Positions 13,419 to 25,989 of a stretch of DNA of 63,479 nucleotides are shown piece by piece (within the stretch, counting starts at the first letter, position 1; each line of letters begins with the position of its first letter). The notes under the pieces are model-generated. The model was not told where the DNA came from and ran no database searches. It saw only the letters and a program-made list of their open reading frames with translations. Position numbers and translations under genes: made by a program. The stretch lies in contig NC_068984.1 in NCBI RefSeq assembly GCF_001194135.2, positions 35,947,476-36,010,954 of the forward strand, read 5' to 3'. Source of the DNA: Octopus bimaculoides (Eukaryota).

Positions 13419-13524
13419 TTATTATTATTATTGTTCAGTAGTTTTATTTTTATAACGTGCTTTCACTTCACTACCGAGCGCAGCTCTGTGCGCCTTGGGT
13501 ATGTGCTGTGGTTTGCTGTGGTGC

Positions 13525-13597
<73 letters not shown>
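13419..13597 (-). mobile_element. Very short (~100 bp, UTR only) young R4/Dong-type 3' end embedded in (TTA)n
   Basis: 13431-13528 is the reverse complement of ~183-280, with TTA repeats on both sides (13419-13432 and 13529-13597). Confidence 0.85.
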
Positions 13598-13689
13598 TGA
13601 AAACTCACAGCTTATCTTGCTGAGTATGATGGAATGTGTCAGCTATCCACGTCTAGCAGTCTAAGCTTACACTAGTTTACTGGTCATGC

Positions 13690-14240
13690 CTGAAGAACCC
13701 TGCGAAGAATTATGCAGTTCCAAGCAATGTTGATTGTGGTCTCCCAGTAGATTTGTACCACTCTTTTTAAGACATGTTATTAGTTGAGTGCTGATGCTTC
13801 TAAGTGCAGCAATTGCTATTGTTATGATGTCTACTCTCTTCATTAACCACAACCTTCGTATTTCCTACTTCAAATCATCATAGATGATTATTTTTTTCTT
13901 CTTTCACATTGATCCTGTTGTCACCGTAGCATGCTATGTCGGTTATCATACGTGTTCTTTCTTTTTTACTCACCACAACAATGTCGGGTTCCCAATGATT
14001 GGTCGGGTGGTCGCACTGGATCATTACATCCCACAGGATTTTGCAATTCTCAGTTTCGGTGACTCCTTCTGGAGTTTTCTTATATCATGTCTTTACTTTT
14101 TATAAACCGTGTTTTCTACAGAGCTCCCAATGGATCATTGTAGTCACATTGCCATGGCGTCTTTTTTATTCGCATTCTGCCAATTCCGGGCATTCGCTAA
14201 CAGTGTGCAATGTGTTTTCACCCCTCTCGCTGCAAATTTT
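13690..14240 (-). mobile_element. Decayed R4/Dong-type zinc knuckle plus RLE endonuclease domain
   Basis: Minus strand: GENTLHTVSECPELAECE*KRRHGNV..IHWELCRKHGL..TENCKILWDVMIQCDHPTNHWEPDIVVVSKKERTRMITDIAC..LWLMKRVDIITIAIAAL (PD..D catalytic motif). Confidence 0.85.
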
Positions 14241-14343
14241 GCATCTGTCGCTGTCAGTAGTGTTGCGTGTTCTGCACGTCATATAAGTGGTCCTTAACGC
14301 CTGATCCTAAGCTGCGCATATGAGTGCTTATGTTTCTATATTG

Positions 14344-14526
<183 letters not shown>

Positions 14527-15310
14527 NNNNNNNNNNNNNNNNNNNNNNNNNNNNNNNNNNNNNNNNNNNNNNNNNNNNNNNNNNNNNNNNNNNNNNNNNN
14601 NNNNNNNNNNNNNNNNNNNNNNNNNNNNNNNNNNNNNNNNNNNNNNNNNNNNNNNNNNNNNNNNNNNNNNNNNNNNNNNNNNNNNNNNNNNNNNNNNNNN
14701 NNNNNNNNNNNNNNNNNNNNNNNNNNNNNNNNNNNNNNNNNNNNNNNNNNNNNNNNNNNNNNNNNNNNNNNNNNNNNNNNNNNNNNNNNNNNNNNNNNNN
14801 NNNNNNNNNNNNNNNNNNNNNNNNNNNNNNNNNNNNNNNNNNNNNNNNNNNNNNNNNNNNNNNNNNNNNNNNNNNNNNNNNNNNNNNNNNNNNNNNNNNN
14901 NNNNNNNNNNNNNNNNNNNNNNNNNNNNNNNNNNNNNNNNNNNNNNNNNNNNNNNNNNNNNNNNNNNNNNNNNNNNNNNNNNNNNNNNNNNNNNNNNNNN
15001 NNNNNNNNNNNNNNNNNNNNNNNNNNNNNNNNNNNNNNNNNNNNNNNNNNNNNNNNNNNNNNNNNNNNNNNNNNNNNNNNNNNNNNNNNNNNNNNNNNNN
15101 NNNNNNNNNNNNNNNNNNNNNNNNNNNNNNNNNNNNNNNNNNNNNNNNNNNNNNNNNNNNNNNNNNNNNNNNNNNNNNNNNNNNNNNNNNNNNNNNNNNN
15201 NNNNNNNNNNNNNNNNNNNNNNNNNNNNNNNNNNNNNNNNNNNNNNNNNNNNNNNNNNNNNNNNNNNNNNNNNNNNNNNNNNNNNNNNNNNNNNNNNNNN
15301 NNNNNNNNNN
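14527..15310. other. Assembly gap (N) between (TTA)n and (TG)n
   Basis: Run of N. Confidence 1.
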
Positions 15311-15373
<63 letters not shown>

Positions 15374-18087
15374 GTGTGTCTGCTGTGTGGGTGTGTTCTT
15401 ATGTATGTGTTTATATATCATGACCCAATTATATACTTAGAATTAAAAGAAAAGTTCTAAAAATTGCCCTCAGTTCTCGGGTTTTTTTTTTGCTCTTCTT
15501 CGCATACAGTTCCTATTCCATTGTCTCTCTAGCTACGTCTCTCTTGTACTCCTCATCACACCTTTCACAATACTAGAAAGTGTACATAAGCGACTTCGTC
15601 CCTGCTTCGCTACTGAGCATTATGTGTCATTGTTTCCAGAAGCTGGCTTTTGCTCTTCTATTGATAATAATAGCTCACCAAGTCGACGCAGGCATCGGAA
15701 CTAAAGACCGCTTCTCGTTTTAACTGAATTACATTTATATTATTGCTTTATAGGACCACAGATATTTATATGTATGTGTGTATACGAGTGAGTATGTATT
15801 ATAAATATATTCAGCAGTTAAATATACTGAACTTAAACATATTACCGAAGTTCAAAACACCAACAAGATCCGTGAAACCTGTACACCTGTGGCTCCGATG
15901 TGAACTTCAGAACAGGACTACGGTGTTGGCGGTTTTGAACCTCTTAATATGCTGGTTCTCATAATATTACAAGACGAATAATAATTCATTCTTTCTTCTC
16001 CGATACTACCGATATCAATGTAAATTCCGAAGTCACCAGGTGTTTCCTGATTAAAACTTATACTTTAAAGTGAACGAAATCTTTTGTACAATTAAGTATA
16101 TCCATAGTTTTGAAATAAATCCTACCCAATATAAAGGTGTGGTGTGAATATTTCCGACCTTGCTAGTCATACCAAGTTATAACATACTTTTACCAAGAAA
16201 TTTATCTTGGAATAACACTTACATAAATTGGGCTTGCTAACAAATTGACTATAAATATTATACATTTCAGTGGTTGACATATGTTTAACGATTTATATTT
16301 AGAAACAATATCCAGATTGTATTTTGTGGAATTATAGTTGAAGCCTGATGAATAAAGCCCTATTCACTAAATAGAAATCAATGGTTTTAATGGAATTAAC
16401 GGTGGCTATTATTACGATAGCAACATGTAATTAGAACGTATTATTTTGAAGTTATGACATTTGTTTTATTATAATAGGTTTATTATAATGAATCTTTTAA
16501 TCAAACTTTTGCGGTTAATTAATCCCATTGTAAAAAGATTTTCATGCTAATTCCTAATAATTGCTATTTTCAACACGTCACCATATAGAAGATTTCTTCC
16601 TGTTGGTATTACACCACGTAAATTATATTCCATGCTGATTTATTTTGCATTTCAAATAAGAAAATCTAAATGCGTTAATCAGATGCACGTAAAATCATTA
16701 AACCAGCTCAGTTATTACACACGTTCTTTCTAATTCTATTGGAGATTTTCAAATAAGATTCTTGCCATATGGGTTAAATAATTAATATGTATTTCACATA
16801 GTGATTTTGTTGAGGTTTTTATGTTTGGCAGTGACGCACACGTTTTTCTAATGTAAAACCAAGCTCCAATCTCATTACTGAAATACATAATTCCAATCAA
16901 CATTTTTTCATATGCTTTGGATTTAACAGATAGTGTCATACAAATATAAATAATACCGATATCAAGAGTGAGAAGGCACTTTTTCCCTAGAGGCTAATTG
17001 ATCTCAAACTGTTTAAAGAATTAATGCTTTATTTTAATATTCTCAATGTATCAAGGCTCTCGATATGTTGTTAACTATCACCAAAGGAATTAAGCAAACA
17101 GCAAATATTTTAAGGTTTGAAGCACGACATATTCACACTTGTTACAGCCTTTAACACAACGGTGTTATTTTTGCTCAGATAAACCGTACGCTTTATGGAT
17201 TATAATGATCATGATCTTTCAATGATGCTAAACGGAATAACGTCGGGAATTTAATTTCTCCTTAGATTACAGCGAATGTATTGTTAAGGCATATATCATC
17301 CTTCATATTATATTACTACTATTCAATACATATCATGCACAGATGGAGGTGTTCATACCTATAGGCGTTCTCAAGCCAATGTATTGAATATGATATATTT
17401 TCGATTTTGACGCTGAATCTCGTGTTAGTAAACATTGTTCCATTCTTACACATTTACTAAACTCTTACTCATATAAATGATAAGTTATTATGGTACCATT
17501 CGCGGCAAACAGGACACGATGCAAGCAAAGAGGCAATGCCATTAATATTAACGTAAAAAGCATTACAGATGTAATAGATAATGAGTGTTCCCTCTATCTA
17601 AATAATTTAAATAATGTTACCGAACCATTTGTCATTAGTTCATTGAGTACGCAACGTCGAATCTCATTTTCCGTGCAGATACGAAAAGCGCAGAGTGACA
17701 TGCAATGACATTTTATCGTAAATCTGTGTCCTGTTTCAAATTTTTAATTGGAGCTCTGAATAATGCTGATGCAGATTTTGTAGATTTCATGGTCATACTT
17801 CTGAACTATTAGAATTATATTTCTGATGGGTAATTTCGGCGCTACTAAGATTTCAAACACTATACTTCCCTTTTTATTTTAATCCTTTTGTATGTTTTCA
17901 GTTACAAAGATTCGACCAATACTGTTATGAAACGTTTTAAATTTTCATGACATTTATATTTCTGAAATGTAAAACAAAATCGCTGAACCCGTTAGAATAT
18001 TTTAGTAACATAAAATACATTTTAAAAAATAAAATACGTTTTAAGACAAACTTTCAAATCCAAATTCTATCCTAAAATATATAAATG

Positions 18088-18102
18088 CGTGTGTGTGTGC
18101 GC

Positions 18103-18189
<87 letters not shown>
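18088..18189. repeat. (GT)n microsatellite
   Basis: Direct inspection. Confidence 0.98.
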
Positions 18190-18190
<1 letters not shown>

Positions 18191-18229
18191 TGCTTTATTT
18201 TGAGGTAGAAATCAAATGATGATCTTATA

Positions 18230-19160
18230 AATATCTAAGAGTATTCTAAACACCTTCACCCATTTAGCATATTTACGAGAGAAACAAGTCATAGCTTTCA
18301 CATTAAAATACGCGACTCCGCAGTAGCAAAGGATATATTTTACAAATAACAGACAAACATTACTATCTGAACTTCTACTTTGCCATCTTTCACATATCAC
18401 AAGGAATATTTCTTATATTATGATAAGACGTATGTTTGCACTACTAGTCAATCGGAGCATCCTTTAATTTAGACTCAGTGAACCCAAAGGATTCCTAACA
18501 GAGACAAATTAACCGTTAAAATTAATTAATGATGGAATTATATAGGTGATGAAACTGCGCATCATACATCTGTGGACAGCCAAGAAAGTGATTAAAGAAA
18601 ATACATTTCCACTTATCAATACATTTAATCCAGGAGTGATCAACATGTTCCACACAATCAAAACAAACTTACAACTTCTCTTTAAAAACTCCATAATTAA
18701 AAGTCTGGTTGATCCAAACCTGATACTAAAGAGTTAACAACAGCCAAAACATTTTTACAAGCATCTCACGACAGCAAAATTAATTTCGGAGGATGATTCA
18801 TAATTCTCTATGAAGAACTATCGAGATAATAGTTGTGGAACGTGTAACAATAATTTCAAATATTTGAACACTGGTTCCCATATAAAATTTAAAATTGAGA
18901 ATTGCAACACACAGAATCTCATACATTGCACATCCTGTTCCAATAAGAAAGACAATTAAGTTGGTGAGACCAACAATTCTCATTGGTAACGTGCAGGAAT
19001 TCATAGGCAACATACCATTTAAAAATATGTACGCAAGATTCAGCCGACAAAGCATCTGGAACTAAGTGGGAACAACATATTCCAAATCTTTCCCGTCTAT
19101 AACTGTCCAACGTATGAGTCAAAGAACCAGAATATAATGGAACTAGATTTTATGAAAATA
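18230..19160 (+). mobile_element. Decayed Penelope-like element: RT thumb, linker and GIY-YIG endonuclease
   Basis: + strand: ITDKHYYLNF..CHLSHITRNISYIMIRRM (thumb), FPLINTFNP..KS*QQPKHFYKHLTTAK, SCGTC..NTG, NCNTQNLIHCTSCSNKKDN*VGETNN..R..IHRQH..KHL..FQIFPVY..ELDFMKIFY (NLIY..C..C..YVGET..R..H-type GIY-YIG). Confidence 0.78.
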
Positions 19161-19374
19161 TTCTACCGAAACTAAACGTAGAGAAAAAGAGATGTATATT
19201 TTTTTTAAAACATGAGAAATTCTTATTACAGTATTTTCATTATTGTTATTAAAATAACTGTAGTGGAGAAAGTCTCTTAAGCAACCAAAATACAACACGC
19301 ACACTGAGACATATACATTTAAAAACACAAATTTAATAAAAGTCCAAAACAATTTTGATAGCGTCATTTTTCTA

Positions 19375-19436
19375 CAGCTGGTTAACATGGCAACTGACGA
19401 AAGGAAATAAAATGGCGAAAAGAAAAGTGATGTCAT
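19375..19436. promoter_or_regulatory. Cluster of TF-like motifs (E-box, RFX X-box-like, YY1-like, CRE-like)
   Basis: CAGCTG 19375-19380; GTTAACATGGCAAC 19381-19394 (12/14 match to GTTGCCATGGCAAC); AAAATGGCG 19409-19417; TGATGTCA ~19429-19436. Motif matches only, with no functional evidence. Confidence 0.35.
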
Positions 19437-20894
19437 CAATTTCAATTGTCTCAGAGAGGATTGTTGGGTTGCAAGACAGCTGTTCAAAACCTACAATGCA
19501 ATCTGAAGCAATTAACAAAAAAGACCCCTTTCACTTTTTCATTCTTTGTTTCTTTCCTTTCTTCCTTTCTTCGCCTCTGTTTTTTTTTTTTTTTTACTTT
19601 GTGTCTGTTATATCATTCTTTCTTTCCTTCCATTTTTCTCCTTTTAATGAAGCCGCCAGGAATTCACCAAACAGACATATACAAACATACATACACACAT
19701 GTGTATATACACACACACGTAGATGCAAAATTTAAAAAAATGTCTTCTCTCTAATAAACTCCAGATGTTTTCTACTAACTTTTGTGAAAAGGCATAACTT
19801 TTCTGTAAAAAGGTTCATTCCTGATGAATCCCTGGAATGAGATCAAATCGCTAGATAAAAATCTGAATTTCTTACTAACTCCATTTTGTTAATAGACATG
19901 TGTATGTGTACGTGGGTACACTGCACACACGCATGCACACGCGCACACATACGCACGCGTGCATATTTATTTAACCACTTATTGATATGTGTTCTCTAAA
20001 TGTATAAATATATCATTAAATGCATACAGTGAATGTTTGATGGTATCGTATTAAGATTACTATTCTTGGAGGAGTGAATTGTTTTAACGGAAATTCACAT
20101 TCAACTTGTGCTATTGGGACGCGACCGCTATTAGTGCACTCCCTAACGAAACCCTGACATTTTTGTTTAGCAAGAAATGCGGATTTATTTATATAGGTAA
20201 CCTCTCTTATAGATATCCGTTATTTTTTTAAAGACTCAAATCGTTGCTGATTGCAAGGTGTTTGATCCTCGTTGCTCAATCCATAGCTAGACTTCCATTT
20301 ATGTAGACTTGTGTCTTTCACTTTTCGTGTACTTCTTTTTCCAGAGATAAAATTAGGTTTCAGTTTCATATACATGTATATTTTTATATGCTATTTTTAT
20401 GTTACTGTATTTGAAACTGAAAAACTTTTGCATAAGTTTTATTATATATTTTTATTTACATACGCATGTAAACAAATACTTGTTAATAAGAAGATATGTC
20501 GGTTTACATATCAAATACATACGCAATATATATTAGTTACGCTCCCATAGGCAGGAATAAAACCAGAAATACACATGTATTTAATGTTCATTCGAGTGTG
20601 CATGTATGATCGTATGCATGTATTATATGTGAGTGAAAACCTCTTAACGAAGTTACTTATATGATATTTGCATAGTCACAAAATACTGAATACATGAATA
20701 TATGGCTATTTGTATACCTATAATAACTCTAGATTTTGTTGAGCTGCGACCTAAGGAGCATCTTTATTATCCTTTGCGAACAGATTATCAATGAATCTTA
20801 TTTCTATAGGCCTTTCCAAAATGATATCTCTCAGATGTTTCACTAGTAATAACTATAGGGATAGCCCAAGAAGGTATTTTGAATATAATGCTGC

Positions 20895-21078
20895 ATTGTG
20901 AGGCGGGATTAATTTTTCAGAATATGAAGGACATATGAGGACAAGTGTCGAGAAAATAGGAATCACATACTGCAAAGTATGTATTATAATGGGAATAGTT
21001 CGGTCTTTGATTCCTATTTTCTCGACACTTATCGTCACATGTCATTGATATTCTGAAAATTTAACTCCACTTCACAAT
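20895..21078. repeat. Long inverted repeat (71 bp arms, 42 bp spacer)
   Basis: Arms 20895-20965 and 21008-21078 align without gaps at 61/71; the inner 23 bp are perfect (aagtgtcgagaaaataggaatca / tgattcctattttctcgacactt). Confidence 0.92.
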
Positions 21079-22220
21079 ACAAGTGCCATAGAATAACAAA
21101 AAGAAAACATATCTTATACAGGCCGTCATATATCTGAGAACGTAAAATGGTCATGGTATGATGCATTTGGTCACATATTTCAAAGATCAATGAGAAAGTA
21201 TCCTAAACAGACAAGGACATTCAATTACTCAGTTACCCCTTTCTACCACACCTAATACTAAAGCAGCTTCCTCTTTTTGTAAGATATAGTAATTGTTACT
21301 ATAGTGTAACGTACTTTTACGTGGGGGTGAATGGACAAAGGATGACTAGAATGTCGTTGAATATGTGTACTTCATCATTTGATTTATCCTCAAAAATAAT
21401 GCCTCTACTTCCTGCTATAATTTGTTTTTATAAATTATCAGAATAGATTTCTATGGACAGCAATCACGTTTGTACTTCCATCAGCATTCACCGTGATATG
21501 TGCATTCAGGCAACTAACTAGGAGCAAATCTTTCAAGAACTAATGCTAACTTCAGTTTAGTTTCAATTACTCAGTTACGTTGTACTGGATAACATTACGT
21601 ATACTGTAATTCATACGATGATTGTTTCTTCCAACGGGTCACTGATTGATGAAATCAGCTCTTTTCATCAAAATGTTAAAACAATAGGTACGATTTCACT
21701 GTAGCAACGCGGTTTTGTTTACCAGTATTGTGGATGTAGTAGTCCTAAGAAGTTTTGATTAAATATTTTCACATAACCCACCTGATTGCGAATGTGTTTA
21801 GATTTTATCTGGTCTTCTTAAACACGAATAAGTACAGATATATCAATAAGTATATAAATTCATCCGAAATGTCTAATTGCAAGCATTGATTATTTTACTT
21901 CACTTTGTTGACGTTGTTGAAAACGTTTCTTTTGTGAAATATGTGGCAAAGAATTTTGTTTTCTGTTTACATGTCACGTTCAGTGCTCTTGGCATTTATA
22001 AATCTAAAATCCATTTTGAATCTGTAGATTTCAGAAATATTATCTACTGTCAAAACTAGAAAATACAAAAACAAAACTAATACATATATATATATATATA
22101 TATTCCATCATTGACAGCTAGCGAACATGTGAACTGCCATTCCGTGTATATATAGTGTTGTGATTCTAGATGCACAAGCATATCCTTACACAGATTTATA
22201 TATGCATATATATATATATA

Positions 22221-22658
22221 NNNNNNNNNNNNNNNNNNNNNNNNNNNNNNNNNNNNNNNNNNNNNNNNNNNNNNNNNNNNNNNNNNNNNNNNNNNNNNNN
22301 NNNNNNNNNNNNNNNNNNNNNNNNNNNNNNNNNNNNNNNNNNNNNNNNNNNNNNNNNNNNNNNNNNNNNNNNNNNNNNNNNNNNNNNNNNNNNNNNNNNN
22401 NNNNNNNNNNNNNNNNNNNNNNNNNNNNNNNNNNNNNNNNNNNNNNNNNNNNNNNNNNNNNNNNNNNNNNNNNNNNNNNNNNNNNNNNNNNNNNNNNNNN
22501 NNNNNNNNNNNNNNNNNNNNNNNNNNNNNNNNNNNNNNNNNNNNNNNNNNNNNNNNNNNNNNNNNNNNNNNNNNNNNNNNNNNNNNNNNNNNNNNNNNNN
22601 NNNNNNNNNNNNNNNNNNNNNNNNNNNNNNNNNNNNNNNNNNNNNNNNNNNNNNNNNN
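22221..22658. other. Assembly gap (N) flanked by AT-rich repeats
   Basis: Run of N. A small gap also lies at 23493-23509. Confidence 1.
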
Positions 22659-22873
22659 ATATACATACATACACACATACAAACATATATGTATATGATA
22701 GATCGCTAGCCTCTAAAACTTTTTTTCTCTCCTTGTTTATTTCTGTGTTCCTTTCTGTCGAAGATCGTATCCTCGAAACGTAAGAGACTTTCTCACGTAC
22801 CAAGCCTTATACTAATACATCTGTCTGTTGTTTACACACCCGTCTTCGTCTTTTGCTTTTTTGTAAATTCTCA

Positions 22874-22875
<2 letters not shown>

Positions 22876-22930
<55 letters not shown>
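22876..22930. repeat. (CA)n microsatellite
   Basis: Direct inspection. Confidence 0.98.
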
Positions 22931-22933
<3 letters not shown>

Positions 22934-25900
22934 GCATGAAATACATACTCCAATATGCTTTCTATGTGTCTGTGTGTGCGCGCGGATGTGTGTGTGTGTG
23001 TGTGTTAACGTATGTATGTGTGCGTGTACCTGACCATACATATACAGTGGGAGATGGAGAATGAGTAACGGAAATAAACGGAATATATTCAGAGAATTGT
23101 CTGCTGCAAGATTTCTACATATTTTAAAACGGATGAATTTATTTTAGTAATAACAAAACAGGTTTCATCAAGAGATTATGCGATGGTAAATTATGGAAAC
23201 ATTACGTTTTGTTAAAAACTGTGTTACCTGATAATGTTTCATCATTCCAGTAGACCCCATGTGAATTATAGTATCGTACCCACAAATTTCAGCATAAAAT
23301 AAGAGGATATAACGCACTGTTACATGCATAATTTTCAGACAGTTGCGTTTGGTTGAAATTGGCACGTTGGTTCATTAAGGTTCCATAAAAAGCCAAATGA
23401 TGCATATCTTTCTGAAGATATTTTCTAGATACAGAAATTCCTCTGTAGCAAATTCTTGCGGTGTGTATATTTACATCCCTATATATATATATNNNNNNNN
23501 NNNNNNNNNGTTTGCATGTGTGTGTATATATATGCATGTGTTGTATGTAGCTTCACCTTGTGCATGCTTTCTACTTGCATTATATGAAATCATAATTCTG
23601 GTATATAAATAGTCTAGCTATACTGCTTTCACATTTAAAAAGTTAGGGTTATTTCTTACAATTCAAGATTACATATATTATCCGTCTTTAAAACGCAACA
23701 AATATCAGAAATTCCAAATTGCAAAGGAAGTACTTTCAAGTTCCTATGCAATATGTTTTGTTTTATTATTTCAATCAAGTTTATAGGTTGGAGCATATAA
23801 ATGAATTATGTTTGCCTGCGTGAAAAATGTCAGCAGTGAGTATGGTATGTCAGCCAGAAAACCGAAGGAAGATACTCTGAAAGACATTTTTACGCCATGA
23901 TACACCTCCTTTTAATCCATTATTCCCGTTTCCGTTGGAGAGATGGTGAGAGTGTTATGTGAACAATATACTTTAGCAAACATAATATTGCAATGGCAAC
24001 AGGCGATATCTAATGTCAGTTAGTATTAGGTAAATATACGAATACATTACAGCAATAGAGAATGAAAGATAAAAGTGAAGATTAACTTCCGACAAAGAAG
24101 CGTTAAGTACCAAGTTGACAGTCATAATTTATTTTGCACCCATCCAACGAATATTGGCAGTTGTTATTTCTTGTCTTCTATATAACTTAGTGATTCAAAG
24201 TATAAACCATATTGATTTTGTAAAAATCTAATCCTATATTTGAAGAAAAGTTTTAATCGAAAATTAATAAATAAAAGCCGATGCATTTAAATAATTTACT
24301 TCTTGTAAATTTACTTCTAAGTATTAAACGCCAAAAACTCAGGAAGACAATGAAATCAACAGAAGTGATAGAATTAAGTAGAAAACAGACAAATCATCGA
24401 TAACAACGAAAGGATAAAAAGAACAACGATTTTAGTAAAGATAGAAAGCTCTAAATATAAAAAAAGAAATAACGAACAAATGATAAAATGAACAACCTTT
24501 ACAAAGGTATAGACATGTAGAAAAATATTTATAAAATATCAAAAAAATAAATAAATAAAAGAAAGAAAGACCTCAATAGAAAAAAATAAATATCGATCTT
24601 TTTCGTTAGAATAAAACATGAATCCTTAGTTAGTAGGTTTAATAACCTAGCTGCCAAAGTATTTTTTTTAATTGTTTAGCAGGTGAAATGTTTTGACAGG
24701 AACTTATTAACAAAACACTTCCAGCAACTTCTAAATATTTTCTATTTTAATGTAGCATACGTTTGTGTCATTGTGTGTGTGTTTTTGTGTATGTACGTGT
24801 GCATGCGTGTGGGAGCGTGTGAGTGAGTGTGTGTGTGTGTGCGTGCGTATCAGTGTGCGTATGTGCGTGTAAGTGTGTGTGTGTGTGTGTGTATGTATTG
24901 TAAACTCAGTCATTGTAAAATAGTTGTATAATTCTATTTTAAGTTTAATTGATATTAAGTTATGAAAGCTAAATGTCCTAGTACGATTTCTTTTCAAAGT
25001 ATTAAGTTGGCAATATTATTTTTACCATATTATTAATGAGATCTCTTATTGGATGAACTATTCGCAGAATCCTGAGCATAGTAGTTGAAAGCTTTAACGA
25101 TAATGTTTCTGTTTTTACGTCCTGAATTCTAATTAGAACATTCATCTGTCTAAAAGTCTCTATAATATGTTTTATTTAAAAACTGATGGGTATTTTCATC
25201 AAGATATTAAAACAATAAGCATTTCTGTGTATGTTTCTATGAAACAATTATTATTATTTTCTCCTGACTTTAAGCGTATTTCCGTGAAGATACTCACAGG
25301 AAGGATTCAATATCATATATCTGCTGGGGGTACTGCCTTGTTTTAAACTTACTAGACAGTGTCAATAAATTTCCAGTACCATGATTTAAACTAGAAATGA
25401 TTATACTTTATTTCAACTATATACAAAATTGACCACAATAATTCCCAGTCACGACACTCCTATGAAGAATATTTATATTGGAGTCTATCAAGCATAGAGC
25501 TTAATTATATTAGAAAGAAATATTAAACACCAGGGCATCCATTTCGCTTTTATAATTACGTTTCCATTTTACGAGAATAAATGATGCTTCAATTTGAACG
25601 ACACTGAAATGAATATTGCTAGCATTTATTTTGTCGCCAACAAAAAGGGCAAGAAAAACATTTGCACAGATTTACAGTACTAACTTGAAGGTACATCTGC
25701 ATATGTGTCCTGTGAGACAAAAAAATGTAGTATGATCATAATTGAAGGAAAATTCAATGGTTTGGCAAAGTTATAATTGGCTTTTTAATGTCTGCTAACT
25801 TCAAGAATAAATACAAAAATTATCAGAATATACATCACTTATATTTAATATATGGCTTCATATCGCCCTAAGAACAGCATGTACCCGACAAAAACTGGAT

Positions 25901-25989
25901 ATGGTAAGCAGTCACCCACACTAATATTAGAAATCTAGTTAATTGAACTAAAAAAGGATATTGGCCGTTGAAACATTTGAAGTACTGTT

